The notes beneath the pieces were generated by a model that did not search any database, was not told where the DNA came from, and saw only the letters and a list, made by a program, of their open reading frames with translations. A stretch of 64,000 bases of DNA from Balanoglossus misakiensis (Eukaryota; Animalia; Hemichordata). The stretch lies in assembly GCA_040954595.2 (NCBI GenBank), contig CM082588.2:5210156-5274155 (forward strand), in the 5' to 3' direction. The translations under genes and the position numbers were made by a program. The number at the start of each line of letters is the position of its first letter. Within the stretch, counting starts at the first letter, position 1. Positions 1 to 13,297 of this stretch are shown here, one piece after another.

Positions 1-2308
1 ACCATAGACAGTACTGTCTATGGTTGAACCCACTGGTCGTCACCTGCCTGGTGGAAGTGCAAGCGACCCTTCCATTTTGACAAGTTGGAGGAGGGGTGGG
101 GGCGAATATTCAAAATTCCCATGCACCCACTCACTTATTCAACGACACGCATATATAGGATTGCATTTTCCGCGGGATTTTCCTCCACGCTGTCGTCTCT
201 TATTGTACCTGATCTTCGCTACCTGCCCATGTTTCCATCACTAGGCATAAACACGATGTAAAAAAAAATCAATGTTGGTTTGTATCGGCTGTGCACATTG
301 TGAAGTTTAACATGAAAACAGTTTTGCTTGTTGAGTAAATATCTCAATACTCAAGCTTGATGCATGTTATGGCAGCAAACCGTTCCTCTCTTTTCTCTCC
401 TTTCTGTTTCCATGACGATGGCACGCAAATAAACCAGATGGTACCGGTTGGTTTATTCTTCACCATCCTGTTTGAGTCAATAGAACTCACGCAGAACGAG
501 ATCATGAACTGGAGAGGATTGATGTTGGTTTTGCGAACAAAAACAACAGTAAACAAAACAGCTTTGTGAAATGTTACCATAGATGGTGCGGTCAAATGCA
601 TTAGCAAGCCCACGTCTGTATCCATTACATTTCATTTGCACCCGGCGCTTTTTTTCGCTGAAAGACGACAGAGGCAGTCGATCCTCATCCGTCAATTACT
701 GGAACATTTCAGTCTAAGATGGAGATTAAAAGCTTGCGTGCAAGCGAAGACAAAATAAAAAACATACTACGAAGTAATGCAATCTTTGTTTGACCAAAAA
801 GCTTCAGATTATCAACGTTGACAGATCGTCACCTCTATAAATGTTCAGAATTCTCTCAGTGCCGACTTGAAAACAAATATTGCTTTCAAACTACTATATT
901 CATTCCTTCAGAAATCACACTCTTCTGGAGCCTTCACGGACTATACAATGGCTGAAACTATCGTACAGTCCAAATTTCTACTATACACGTATAATGTGGC
1001 ATTTCATGGTGCTCTGAATTCAGCTCAGTGTACTTGCAGATATACAACTGTACGTGAATAAATATAAAAGCCTCTAAAGAATCTAACAAGATTACCGTTT
1101 TGAATTTTGTGTACCAATGAAGTGTAATGTTCTTATTTGTTCTCGGGGGTGGATCAAGTCGGATATATCGCTGTACATGGTGAGAGTTTTAATATTTTCA
1201 GGTGCACGTTGCGTTTCCCCAGAATATCACCAGAAGCATAGAGATTATCACAGTTGTAGCGTGTCAGGGGTCGGTTAAGCTCCAGGGCGGTACCTATGTT
1301 ACAGACAAAGATTCAAATACGAAAAATGGCGAAGAAAATCAACTTTTTTGTGTAAGAACCATGAAAGCACAGCACTTGTATTTATGATCTGTCTCCGGGT
1401 TTGGTTCATAAGGCTTTCAGGTCACGTCATAGCTCAGGATGCGAAATACACTCTTTCCAAGAAGCTGGACAAGTTCCAGTTATTTCATTCATATTAGTGC
1501 CTATAGGCTAGTTTGTAATGATCATTACAATGCCCGTGGCCGCCTGTCATTCAGATGAAAAGATTTACCGTTAGGTGTATAGTTACACAGGAATAATTGA
1601 TCCGAAAAGAATCTCATTACAGCGTAAGCCGCAAGTGGTTTTGCATAACACTTTGTTGTTTTGACATACACTAATACCGCATATAGTATGGCCCAGTGAC
1701 AGCCACGGATTCACATGCACTTGCACTGATCTCAATATCCCAACCTTACTTAACAATTCGGTCCGAACAGTAGACAGGTTTTATTACACACTTGTGTGTC
1801 CACGAACAATCGTTGACTTGATTTGAACAGGGAAATCTGGCATGTGAATTTTGCAGTCCGGTCAGGCGAGGCTTGTACGCACCGGTTTCCGAGGTTCTTG
1901 AGAAAACTGACGACAACAAGATACATTTAGATATAGACTTTATGCGCAAGAAACGCACCGAACACGACCCTATCTGTGAACTGATCACCGATATCTTGAA
2001 ATCAATTTTTTTTTGTAAAAATGCTTTGGTTCCTTTGTGACAAAAACCCCGACGTCTAACGTTTGCGAGGAGGAGATGTAAGCTGATGATAGGTCACGCT
2101 TGGTGTGTTCTGACACCATTCGTCTGGACTTTTGACGGCTTCATATTTACAGAGACGTTTGACGTGTTTGCCTTTTATCACCTCTGGATTGTCGATGTTC
2201 TGTTTGCACTTTCATTGGAACACTTTTTGTTCTGTGAGCAAACCCAGCGTTCCGGCGAGCAATTAACGCGTCGCTGTGTTTGTCCGAGAAGTGGGACGCA
2301 CGTTTCAG

Positions 2309-2357
2309 ATGGGCGATTGTTTGCTGTGTGCATTCACACTTGACGCGTTCATCTCCG
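2309..2357 (+). CDS. Candidate gene A exon 1 (signal peptide MGDCLLCAFTLDAFIS-G)
   Basis: ATG with an in-frame upstream stop, 49 nt ending in phase 1, which fits exon 2 and gives ...FISG|LTVG-SEQKL. The donor (G|GTATAC) is weak and the peptide is only moderately hydrophobic. Confidence 0.3.
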
Positions 2358-5300
2358 GTATACTGTAACAGTAACAGGCGGCTGTATTGAAATAGGGAGA
2401 AGTTTAATTTGAGAGTTCACGTGGAATACCCCCCCTCCCACCGCCAATTCATCGCTCAGGTACGACACGGTTGAAACGATGCATTGCCTAGTAACCGAAA
2501 ACAGTAAAATATAATTATTAGACTCTGGTGAACAAACCCTCCGTGCTCCATTCAAATCTTCGGTCGATTGATTGACTGACTAAACACTCAAGATGATGTT
2601 CGCCAATCCCTAGAAGCTACCACCGAATGTACGTTCGTGACATCTGAGGGGCAAATAGGTCGATGCTCAACCTGAAGTCATTATCCGCTGTTTCACTGCA
2701 GCGTACTTTCTTTCGTAATGACGCCCCGTAGGACTCCCTCTCTCTCTGTTAACGATCATCACTATGTATAAAATACCGCCCAGGGCACATCATACGAATT
2801 TTTTTTCTGTCTAGTGCCATGTATGCATGTACTGTTGCCCTGCATGCAAACTTGCCGTACGTAGATCATCTGAAAATTATGCAATGGTTAGACCCCACAG
2901 TGTTGCTAGGAGACGAGAAATAATTGCATCCACTGGAGTAAGATCCAGATGCAATCATCGTATCGAATGATAATTGTGGGATAAAAACTCAAGCTTACTT
3001 CACATCTGCACGCAGTCGTCCCTTCAGATCTAGAACTTGATTTCCCGAGTTGGAACCATAGCAATACGCCGGATTAAGTTCTGATATTAGAATCTTTCAA
3101 TGGTTCTTTATTCATCATCTCGAGGAAACTAGGGACACAGACTAATAGTTTGCAACAATCGATGATTTCAAGCCAGCACATGTTGTCATAAGCCGTTTAA
3201 TCTACAAGTTGGGTATTACGTTAGATAATAGGCGTTGCACAAATCTCCCCTGCAATGCTTTCGCCTTTGACCTGCATAAGAGGGCAACGAAATAGTTACA
3301 ATACTTATTCATGATACCAAGGACGTGTAATCCAAATAGATTAATTCCGATTGAGATTCGGGTTCGGATTAACATCAAGGAGCGGACAACTTAGCGACCG
3401 CGGAGAAAAACCGCAGTTTTATTTTACTGGTTGCACTTTAGTTTGCAATCCCAGGATTCTCATATACAGACAGAGAAAGTCGGTCAGAAAGAGCGAAATG
3501 TATCCGATGGAGCCGAACAAGATAACATAACCAGTAACCTGCCTGGCAAGCCATACGTCGAATTATACGTCACATTACTCTGTGAGCACTCTTCTAGAAC
3601 CATTTGTCGGGCTGCAACGATAAAAAGGCACATCCTCGGATTAAATAACATGTCGATTTTTATCTTCTTTATATACTAGAAAATCTCTGACTTAAAACCC
3701 TGGGTCCGCTCTGCGATTATAATGTAAACAGAACTGGATCAGCTTAAGACGGAATAGATGAATAATAAATAAAGGAATATTTCTTTGTTGTGTGCCCGTT
3801 TTTTAAAAAAAATGGCTGCTTTCCCTCTAGAGACATGACAACCGAGAAAACTGCAGCATTAAAACATTAGTAGCCACCTCATTTCATTTTATTGAAGCAA
3901 TAAAACAATCGCAACTAGATTTTCCAGCTAGCCGTACTATCCAGATCTTTTCGGTGCTATCTGTCTACTACGTGCTGTGCGCGCGTTAAATATTTAATGA
4001 GATCGAAATCTGTGTGGCATTTCTTGCAGATCTTCGAAAGAATCGTATCAAGAAAGGCTCCCACGAATTAACCAACCCTTTTTGTCAGTTTGGCATCTTT
4101 GTGGGGGACTCGTAATTTGTAGAACAGGTCATAAGTTTGAAGATGCCGAAGGCTATGTGTAAATCACATTTATGGCAGAAATTTCGAAATCAGTTAGCAA
4201 TATGACATCATTGACACGCTCTTAGTAAATGTCAATTTTCCAGTAACCATGCTACTTTATGTTCCTCTGGTTAATTTGGGTTCACCAATTTGTACATTGT
4301 CACCCAATCCACATCAACTGTTCGCAGATAATAGAGAAACGTCAAAGTCTCAGCGCTGCAAGAGGCTGACATTCGGTGAGAGAGGGGGAGTGCAGTATAA
4401 CTGGAACAGCATTGTTTACGTTCGTTGTGTACTCAGTCTCACATACTTTTTAAAAATTAAAAAATAATACTAATATTAATAATCACAAGTTAACCAATCA
4501 CTTGTGGACAGTACATTCATTAATTCAAATATATATTCTACTGGACGGTTAAAGCCGGCTGTGTTTTTAATACTTCCGTGGATTTTATAGCTTTTAGGGA
4601 TTTATTGGACGGGAAATCGGATGGAAATCTCTTGTCGCAACCTGTTGGAAGATTTACACCAGTAAAAGAGAGAGACATACCTCAAGCAGTACACATATTG
4701 CTATCATTCTTGATATATTATGTTTAATACCCTAGTCTGTATGGGCAATACGTATCTCTCCAATTCAGTGATACTAAAGTCAAGGATGGTATTTCTGGTC
4801 TTTCCTCCCGAAAATTGATGTCGTGATTAACAGTGATTAGGGCTGATAGGACTCCCGTGATGTCCCTGGAGAGTTATCATTGGCTGGTTGCCAAGACGAT
4901 ATGACGTCAACTCCTTGGTTTATCTAAATTACACTCTAGATTTTGGCACTTGCATATCCTTGGCAACGCCGATCGTTGGCAACGCAAAATGAGGTTGATG
5001 CACTGTGTGTACAGAACGAAGTATTTTTACGACTTTATGTTGGAAAATACTACCAGTTGGCCGATTGTGTCAAATAGCGTCAGTGTCACCAAAATCGACC
5101 CCATTTCATCGATTCTTTCATATTTTTTAATGTCAATATTAACGTAAAACCAATAAATGATTTTAAATTTCAGGGTGGGGGTTAGCGTTTGAGGCAAACT
5201 TGCAGACTGTGTCTAGATAAGCGATTGATAACCTGCGTATAAATATGACCAATACAAACATCGATTGACAATTGACAAAAAGGGTCAAGATTGTACAGAT

Positions 5301-7972
5301 AGAACACAGAGATCATAAATACCCATAATCCTGTTCGGTCTTGAATCGTCCCTCGTCTTCGAACCCTGGACACAGACAAAAGTGCATGTTATAGTCTTAT
5401 CGCAACATTTGTCAGATCTGTCGTTTACTCATATGGCTGCCAGAAAGTGCAATTTCCCATTGGTATGTATGCATCTGTCAGGGGAAAGATACAAATTGTC
5501 GTCTGTAATTCTACTCTCAGTCGAAAGCATTAAAATTACTGGATCTGTTTTTACTGTACGAATTTGCATTGAGGGTTTTGAATATTGCCTTCCAGGGGGA
5601 AAAACTACCAATATTACTCGCATTTCTTTTATTCAAATTGGATTTTATCTGATATTCCTAATCGAAATGGTGATCAGGTGCATATGTATACGACAGTGCA
5701 CACAGAAACATCAACGAAAACCATCTTGACTTCTGCTCGATGGATGACTCCTGACATAGCCGATCTTCAGTTCAATTTCTGACATTTTCAGCCACATACA
5801 TGTAGATACACCAAACAGAAACTGTATTGCAATAGGCTGTTTCACGCAGGTACAGATAGACCATGTATGGTTAGTTATACAGGTTTTCTGAAATGTGACC
5901 TTTCATCATCAGTGTGATAACGAGGTCCATTTCTTTGAAAAGAGTCTGTTTTTAGTGATCCCGCCTCATCTTGTGACATGGTAGTGTGTAACCGCCATTA
6001 ACCGGTACATTTTGTGTCCTTGGAGGCCGTCTTATGTTGCTATAAACGCTACCCAATTCTAGTCCGTCAACAACTAGTCTAAGAGCCCTTGGATGTTCAA
6101 AGGTTCCGATTCTGCATCGCTTTGTGATGACGTGGGCTCAAACCGGACGAGCGTGTCATTTTTATTTTATTTTTTTGCGAACTGCGCACAATTGACTGAT
6201 AATTGATGTAAATCACAGTTGAGTCGCTCCCCGGCGAGTATAGAGTTCAAGTCGGAAATGGACGCGTTCTGTGAACCTCTGAATCTGATGAAGTGACTCG
6301 GTGATCAGAACTGAAATCCCATCAAAACCACTAATGATAGCAACCACAAAAGAAGGAACCCAAATCAGAACTGGCATCTTCGAACGCCAATGTTTTTGGG
6401 ATTAAGAGTAGCAAATGTGCTCAAAATGAAAGGAAATAATGTAAACCAACTTGGTTTCATGATGACATCAATATCGATACGATTTCCCATGTGCTGACTC
6501 ACTAAGGCGGTGTAAGCTATTTAAAATTACTGCTATATCTTAAAAGTTTTGAGGCCAGGAGCTTTAAACGTCTGCGAAAGTGAATAAAAAATATTTTATT
6601 AGCATCTCAGCACGTCACCAAGTTGATTCATGGTACAAGATCAACACCCACGCGAGAAAAATTTTCTGTATCAAATATTAAAACTAGGCGCCAAGGGTAT
6701 TACTGTCGTATAAAAATATTCGTGTCATCAAGTTGACATATTTTACAAGATTATAGAACACTCCATACTGTTTAATTTCAATGTTTTGCATTTTTCATCG
6801 CGAGAGAGCTGATGTTCATGTCGTTTTAAAAGATATCGGCGATAGTATAAAATTGACCGATTTAACAGAATTAGACAGCGTATAATTAGCTGGTAGTCTG
6901 TTAATGTAGCGCAAATCACTCCACTTTTTCCTGACCTCTCTCGATCGTCAGTGAGGAGATAACCGTGTCATATATATTATTCAATAACAATGAAAATTAC
7001 GCCGGTCGCCAAGGGTATTACTCCAGCATCAAAATATGCGAGGGAGTTTCTCAGCCAAACACAGCGTAAATCATATCCAATTAGATTTGACGCCGCGGCG
7101 GTATCCGCCGACTTCTATTCCAGAACCACGGCTGGAAAGGATGGATTTGAAATTAAATCACCGACATCGGCCTAAAAATAGACCGGAGAATTACGGCGAG
7201 CGAGCTGAACGTGGTTCTCCTAATCCCCCGAGATGCAATGTGACATGTCGTATTAATGTCTTCCTTGGACAAGAAAAAATCACGATTGCACGGAGAGATA
7301 TTTTTGCCCATGGATATGTCATGTAATACAAACAAAGTTAAGTCGAGAGCGAAGGGACGCTTCGCGGAAGGTCGTAGGGGAGAAAACATGTGGTGTGCCT
7401 AACGTTTGCTTGATAAGTTCCCTTTGACGAGCAGTGTTGCAGAAGGCACGGCCATCAAATATCCAAAATATATTTGTAGAACTGCCTTTTTACTTGTCAG
7501 TCGACGTCAGTGTCAGAAAAACATTGGGCGCATGGTTGCTATACGATTAGGTTTCTAGCTTTGTTCCTAAATTCACCTTGTTGTTTGTACACAACTGAAA
7601 TGCAAGATGTAGGAAGTTTTCGTGCTGATATTAAGCAACGTCCGGAACTTCGTGACCCCTTGTATAAACTAGAATCCGATTTCAGGAAAGGCGGAAAGAA
7701 ATTCAGTTTGGAATCACGATGGTGTGATCTGTGGTGTTTGTTCCATTGGTGCGGTGTTCATGCTTCGGCGAATACCCTACTTGTCGAGAGTGCCGTAAAA
7801 AACGCCGCTCGATTCAAGATTAAGTACAAAGCTTGCCGACTACAGCCGCGTACACGACTTAAAATTTTAGCGCCAAGTCAAGCGAACATTTTCTTTGTGG
7901 CGTGCGACAAGATGACTAGGATGAGACATGTTTTTGTTTTACAGAAACGTGTTTTTGTTGTTACTTTTGTAG

Positions 7973-8109
7973 GGCTCACCGTAGGAAGCGAGCAGAAGTT
8001 GTACGAGGACCTGTTTGAGAACTACAACAGAAAAGTGAGGCCGGTGAAAAACTTCTCCAGTCCCATAACCGTCTACTTCAACATCAAAATCAACCAAATA
8101 TCCGATATG
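7973..8109 (+). CDS. CHRNA9/10-like: Gene A exon 2 (N-terminal helix, LTVGSEQKLYEDLFENYNRKVRPV...QISDM)
   Basis: ttttgtag| acceptor, |gtgagt donor, 137 nt, same length as exon 2 of genes B and C. Confidence 0.93.
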
Positions 8110-8197
8110 GTGAGTACACAGCCTTTCTCAGAGCGATCACAATCTAAGGAGAGTGTTGAACCATAGCCAGGAATCTGGACATCGTTGGGCCAAAACC

Positions 8198-8474
8198 ATT
8201 GTTGGCATTTGATAGGCCATTTCCTAAACACCACGAGACACTGCGAGATCTCGCGTGGCTAGGCAGTTTATTTGGTAAGAGATTCTCATGTGACACACGA
8301 CAAAAACACATGGCCCAAAATGGCACAGAAACTGTTAGAATTTTGTTAAGTCTGCACATATTCTAGTTACATACAAAAATTGACTTGTATTACTTGGCCA
8401 GCAGCCCGCTGCTACGGTAATCAACCAAGTCTCGCGAGATCTCGCAATGATCAGGAATAATCTATTGCCCAACA
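8198..8474. mobile_element. Possible degenerate foldback/MITE-like element in gene A intron 2
   Basis: Inverted arms: tgttgg...ttcct...tgcgagatctcgcg (8242-8255) versus cgcgagatctcgca (8433-8446)...aggaa...ccaaca. No target-site duplication was identified. Confidence 0.35.
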
Positions 8475-10707
8475 CCCACTGACGGAAATGAGACTATAAG
8501 TTTGCAGTATAGTACGAATCTTTGCGATTGCTTTATCATTAGCAAGAAGTCAGCCGTGTTGTGTAAGTGTTATCATAATGTGTAAATGTCATGTTTTACA
8601 TCAACTGGATTATTACTGTGCAAGATTCTGGGAATGATAAACTAACAAAAATCATGGTTAGTTCTTTATGACGTCAGCGGGTGGCATTTTCTCTGATTGG
8701 GGCTGCATATATCTGACCTCGCGTCTTAGATATAGTGCACACTAATGAGCTGACAATCGCTGCAGCTTATAGACAATACAAGATTCACATTTATGACTTC
8801 GTCCTTGTCTCTGCTTCAAGTCTGCTGAGAAATTTGTCAACGACTGGCCAATGGCTCCCGACGCACCACTTCGTTTAACATTTCCTTTGTGTCCAAATCG
8901 TCGAGTTTGTAATCGCATTTCAACATCAGCCTGAGGGGTCGTTACAGGAAATTCAAAGTGTCCGGCATTGTCATTAAGACAATCGGCGGTTCGTCTTATC
9001 TTCCTTTCTGCTGCATCTGCGACTGGATCGTCGTGATGCAAACAGTCCACAGCAAAAAAATAGTTCCACAATTCCACAGAATGCATGCAGCTGCACCGGA
9101 AAAATATCAATCATTTCAGCGCGGATAAATGGAACTTGTAAAGGGCTACCATATAAATCAGTCCATTACAATAACTTTGACCAATAATAACTATTCAGAC
9201 AAAAAAAGAAATTACCAGGGCAAGTGTCACCGCCAAATTCATCATAGCCATTAATGACTATGCGCATAAATACAACATTCGAAAAAGTAGTCCGGGTCTT
9301 GACGTTAAAGTATCACCTGCGCTAAACTACACGTACACAAAGCATGTAGTTTTTTTCTTTCGTGGTCACCAGCAAGTTGAACAATGACCCACCGTTTGAC
9401 GAATACCACTCATGCTATTAAACCAACAAGCCACTTCAAGACGTAGACACCGTAATTGCCTTGCTGACTAGACACTTGAGACACCGATGGGACATTAAGA
9501 TGGCTGGACATAGCCCCCCTGACGCCGAAGAAGCTTGATGTTGCCAAACGTAAACGACATTTTACGTCATTAAGAAAACCACGAGCAAATCGCAACAGAC
9601 GACAATATCTGCCAGGATTTTATTTTATGTTTTCAGACAAGGTTTGACGGCCGCACTAGCCAGAAGTGTCTCTTCACTAATAGTGACACCTAAACAATCC
9701 ATTTGTTTATCTCTCTGAGCGTTCTTGCAGTGATTGTGAAATTAGCCGCCTCTTTTCACACAATTTGCCACGCCCCAATTTACAATTACCGCTTAAAAAT
9801 TACGCCTCCTAAACGTCGGTGTTAAGAGGTCGAATTGCTGCTGTCGTAATCAACCGCACTCAGGTGACCCGTTGTCGATAATATCATCATAGTACAACAA
9901 ATGAAACAGATGACCCAGGAGACATTGTCTGCAATATGTTTTTCAGCCAAATTAACCAATCAGCAAGACTGTCTCAGGCTGTCATGGCAAATATTGCATG
10001 GGTTATATTGCAGCCCAGTTTCAAACTACAGGCTACAAAACAATTCGATGCGTCTTTGTATAGGTTTACCTTTATGTCAAAGTTAAACACCAGCAATACA
10101 GCGGCCGAAGTCGCTACCGAATACACACATCACTCAACCGGGCAGCCAAAATGGTTCACCGCTACATTTGATAAATGGGGTGATTTAGAACATCAGATAA
10201 TGCCTTCTGTCCACGAAACGCAAGGTTTCCAAGGCAACGAATCGGAAGACATATTGGGGGATTATATACTGATTTTTGCTCGTTTATCAAGAAAATAAAA
10301 TTTTAATGCAGTTCCGTTATATTTAAACTATAAATTATTCATTAGAAGGGGTAATGCACCCTGAGACATATTTACCTCATAGTGGAACCCACTGGATCTC
10401 GCCAGTTTTGAAATATTGAAGTTTGCTCTAGGGTACCTTTGAAAACCGATAATGGTAATTGCATTCGTGTCATTTTCCACAATCCACTTTGCAACGTTAA
10501 CGATATATATTCTCCAATAACAGTTATATTGAATTTAATATGTTGGTACTTCCCCACGATCACAGAATTTATGTAGACGCCCATCTTTTTGTCATTAATT
10601 GTCTAAATTTGCTTTTGGAAAAGTAAATATATAGGAAAATATTTTAAACTCTAAACTCAACCTATTTGGAGAGTGAGTTAAGCATATTTTCATTTCTTTC
10701 CATTCAG

Positions 10708-10752
10708 GATGAAAGAAACCAAATCTTGAAGATTAATGCATGGACAGAGCAG
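10708..10752 (+). CDS. CHRNA9/10-like: Gene A exon 3 (DERNQILKINAWTEQ, loop D)
   Basis: ttcag| ... |gtaaag, 45-nt exon typical of nAChR genes. Confidence 0.93.
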
Positions 10753-10912
10753 GTAAAGTTGTATATAAAGTGTTGATCCCATGTCGCTGTATACTTCTTG
10801 TTATTTTGTACAGAGTGACAGTGAACACTGCACTAAACCCTGTCCATATTTCTCTCAATGGATTGGAAAATTGATTAATACTTAATATCCGCTATACTAT
10901 TTACACCATCAG

Positions 10913-11022
10913 GAATGGTTGGATGAGATCTTGGTGTGGGACCCGGACATGTACGAGGGCCTGTCGGAAATCCGAATTCCCTCTTCTGAGTTGTGGCTGC
11001 CAGATATCACATTGTATAATAA
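10913..11022 (+). CDS. CHRNA9/10-like: Gene A exon 4 ([11 protein letters not shown]...[10 protein letters not shown], loop A)
   Basis: catcag| ... |gtaagt, 110 nt, WxPD motif, ends in phase 2. Confidence 0.94.
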
Positions 11023-11407
11023 GTAAGTTTCACTTTACCATCTCTAAGGCACGTGAAATTTAATGACGATGACATATGAAAGTAAAACGAAGCAAAAGGT
11101 TACGGGATGTCGTTCCCTTCACATGTTTATAACGGTCGCCATCTTGAGTGTGTCTTATGTTTCTGATATAGCCAAATGTAAGCGGGAGGGGGCGCTGTGT
11201 ATTAATTTTGAAAGATTCCTCCGCGCAGGCAAACAGTTCACCACATGGGCGGACTATTTGATATCCGGAAGGGGTGGGAGCTGGAACATTTACGAGAATA
11301 AATTGTCAGTCAGCTGTTAAACATGGGAGAGAAATACTGAAAAGACAGCCAACAGTTAGAGTTATTATATTTTCTAGTAACGGTGCATGATTCTATTTTC
11401 TTCGTAG

Positions 11408-11958
11408 TGCTGACACTCACGACTACATGGCAGAAAACAACACGGGGTCAAACGCGGTCGTCGGGTCAGACGGTCACGTGCGTCTCAAATCCAAACCGAC
11501 CCTCCTGAAGAGCACGTGTAAGATCTACGTCAAGTTCTTTCCCTTCGACGTGCAGGCGTGCAAGATGAAGTTCGGCTCGTGGACGTACAACAGCTTCCAG
11601 ATAAACCTCATGAACTCCAGCACCAGGCCGGACCTGCACGAGTACGTCAAGAACGAGCAGTGGGCGCTGGTGCACGCGGAGACCGAGCGGCACGTACTCT
11701 CCTACACGTGCTGCCCCGAGAAATACATCGACGTGACGTTCTCCGTGTGTCTGCGCCGCAAACCCATGTACTACATCTACAACCTGATCATCCCGTGTGT
11801 TCTGCTCTGCGCCTTGGCCTTGACTGGGTTTTTCATGCCGTACAGCGTAGGCGTCGTCAAGGCGTCCATCAGTGTCACCTTGATCTTGTCCCTGACGGTC
11901 TTTCTTCTTCTTGTGGCAGAAATGATGCCGAGGACATCGGAAGATATTCCTCTCATAG
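11408..11958 (+). CDS. CHRNA9/10-like: Gene A exon 5 (loop E, Cys-loop, loops B/F/C, M1, M2)
   Basis: ttcgtag| ... IPLIG|gtacga, 551 nt, lies within ORF 11427..12002, GC-rich codons. Confidence 0.96.
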
Positions 11959-12701
11959 GTACGACATTTTGTTATGTCCAATATCTGTCAGATGGTACAT
12001 AAATTACACTATCGCAACTTGCTGTTCCGGTCGTTTAAAGTTTGTGTTTACCCCAGGCTGGTATATCTGTCATAGGTGTGCTCCCCTACAAATACTCTTT
12101 AAACAGCTAGCATTTGTTATATTTTAGTCAATTTTTGTCAGCGACTGTCACAGTTGCCATTCGTCTTGAGTTTTCATCCAAGCCGTTAAATGCTTCTCTG
12201 TGCATTTCAAATCGATGACACATCTCCTCTCAAACTTCTGCTATCTAGCACGCCCTCTCCTGGTCGGAGTAGAGGGACAATATTATACTTGTCACAGTAT
12301 GACGTCAACGTTGGAGAGTATATTGTATTGGTTTTACAACTCGTAAAATAATTTTATCGTCTATCACCACGATGACAATGAAAATAAAGTCGTTTATCAA
12401 ATTGCTTTAATTCTCAATCCAGTCGTTCAGCGCTGAGAAATCGAACTGTAGATTATAAACTTATCTGAGGTAACATTATCGCTCCCTCGTGACGTTGCCT
12501 GTAACATTTACCTCCAATCTGCGGGAAAAACCTGCAGAGCTGTAGTTAGTGTTCAAAACACGTTCAGCAATTGAGTTCCAATTTCACAACCTTCAGACAT
12601 ACATGTAGGGCTTTTATATTTATTTTATATCTTGCATCTAATATCAAATTTCTAGCTGAATACATTGGTGACATGTTTTGTTTTTTTGGTATTATTTTCA
12701 G

Positions 12702-13297
12702 GGCAATACTACCTGGCCACAATGTGTTTGATTTCCTTGTCGACCGCCATGAACGTGGCGGTGTTGAATGTGCACGGCTGCCGACGCGAAGTGCCCGGGT
12801 GGATTCGCGTCATCGTCATGAGGTACCTGGCATTTGTGGTCTGCATGGGGAAGTGCACGTCGAAGGGCGCCGGGGCGCTGGACAGGGAGGTGCCCGGCAG
12901 AGACGGGCCCATCGTCAACAACCTGAAACACTCGCCCATCCCGCAGCTGCGCGACAACTGCGTCAAGACCGTGGGCGGCCGTCATCACACCATGTCGCTG
13001 CACAGCATGCGCGAGTACTACCACCACGACGACAGCGGCGACGACGGCGAGTGCAAGTTCGGCAAAATCGAACACTACGTGGACCTCATTTTCAAACACC
13101 TCAAGACTGTGCAGCGCAAAAACGACAGGAAGCTGGTGATTCGGGAACAGTGGTGCTGTGTGGCCGCCATCCTCGACAAGGCGCTCATGTACCTTTTCTT
13201 CATGTCAACTTTGGTGACGTCATTAGTGTTACTGCTCCAGGATCCCGGAGAGTCATTTCAAGTGTGCAAAGACAAAATCAGCAGAGGGTTAGAATAG
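12702..13297 (+). CDS. CHRNA9/10-like: Gene A exon 6 (M3, cytoplasmic loop, MA helix, M4, stop)
   Basis: ttttcag|GG CAA TAC TAC, EQWCCVAAILDK MA/M4 motif, TAG at 13295-13297. Confidence 0.95.

Larger units (their letters stand above)
7973..13297 (+). other. CHRNA9/10-like: Gene A: nicotinic acetylcholine receptor alpha subunit, alpha9/alpha10-like; join(<exon1>,7973..8109,10708..10752,10913..11022,11408..11958,12702..13297)
   Basis: Five GT-AG exons splice in frame. They give [26 protein letters not shown], Cys-loop CKIYVKFFPFDVQAC, loop B WTY, loop C YTCCPEKY (vicinal Cys = alpha subunit) and M1-M4. DERNQIL and IPLIG|QYYLATM..STA are alpha9/10-type features. The signal-peptide exon was not securely located. 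Confidence 0.93.

Noticed and set aside
7510-8166. 218-aa ORF as a single-exon N-terminus of gene A
   Set aside because: Only 7973-8109 is nAChR-like, and it is bounded by splice sites matching the 137-nt exon 2 of B and C. The rest is most likely read-through intron.
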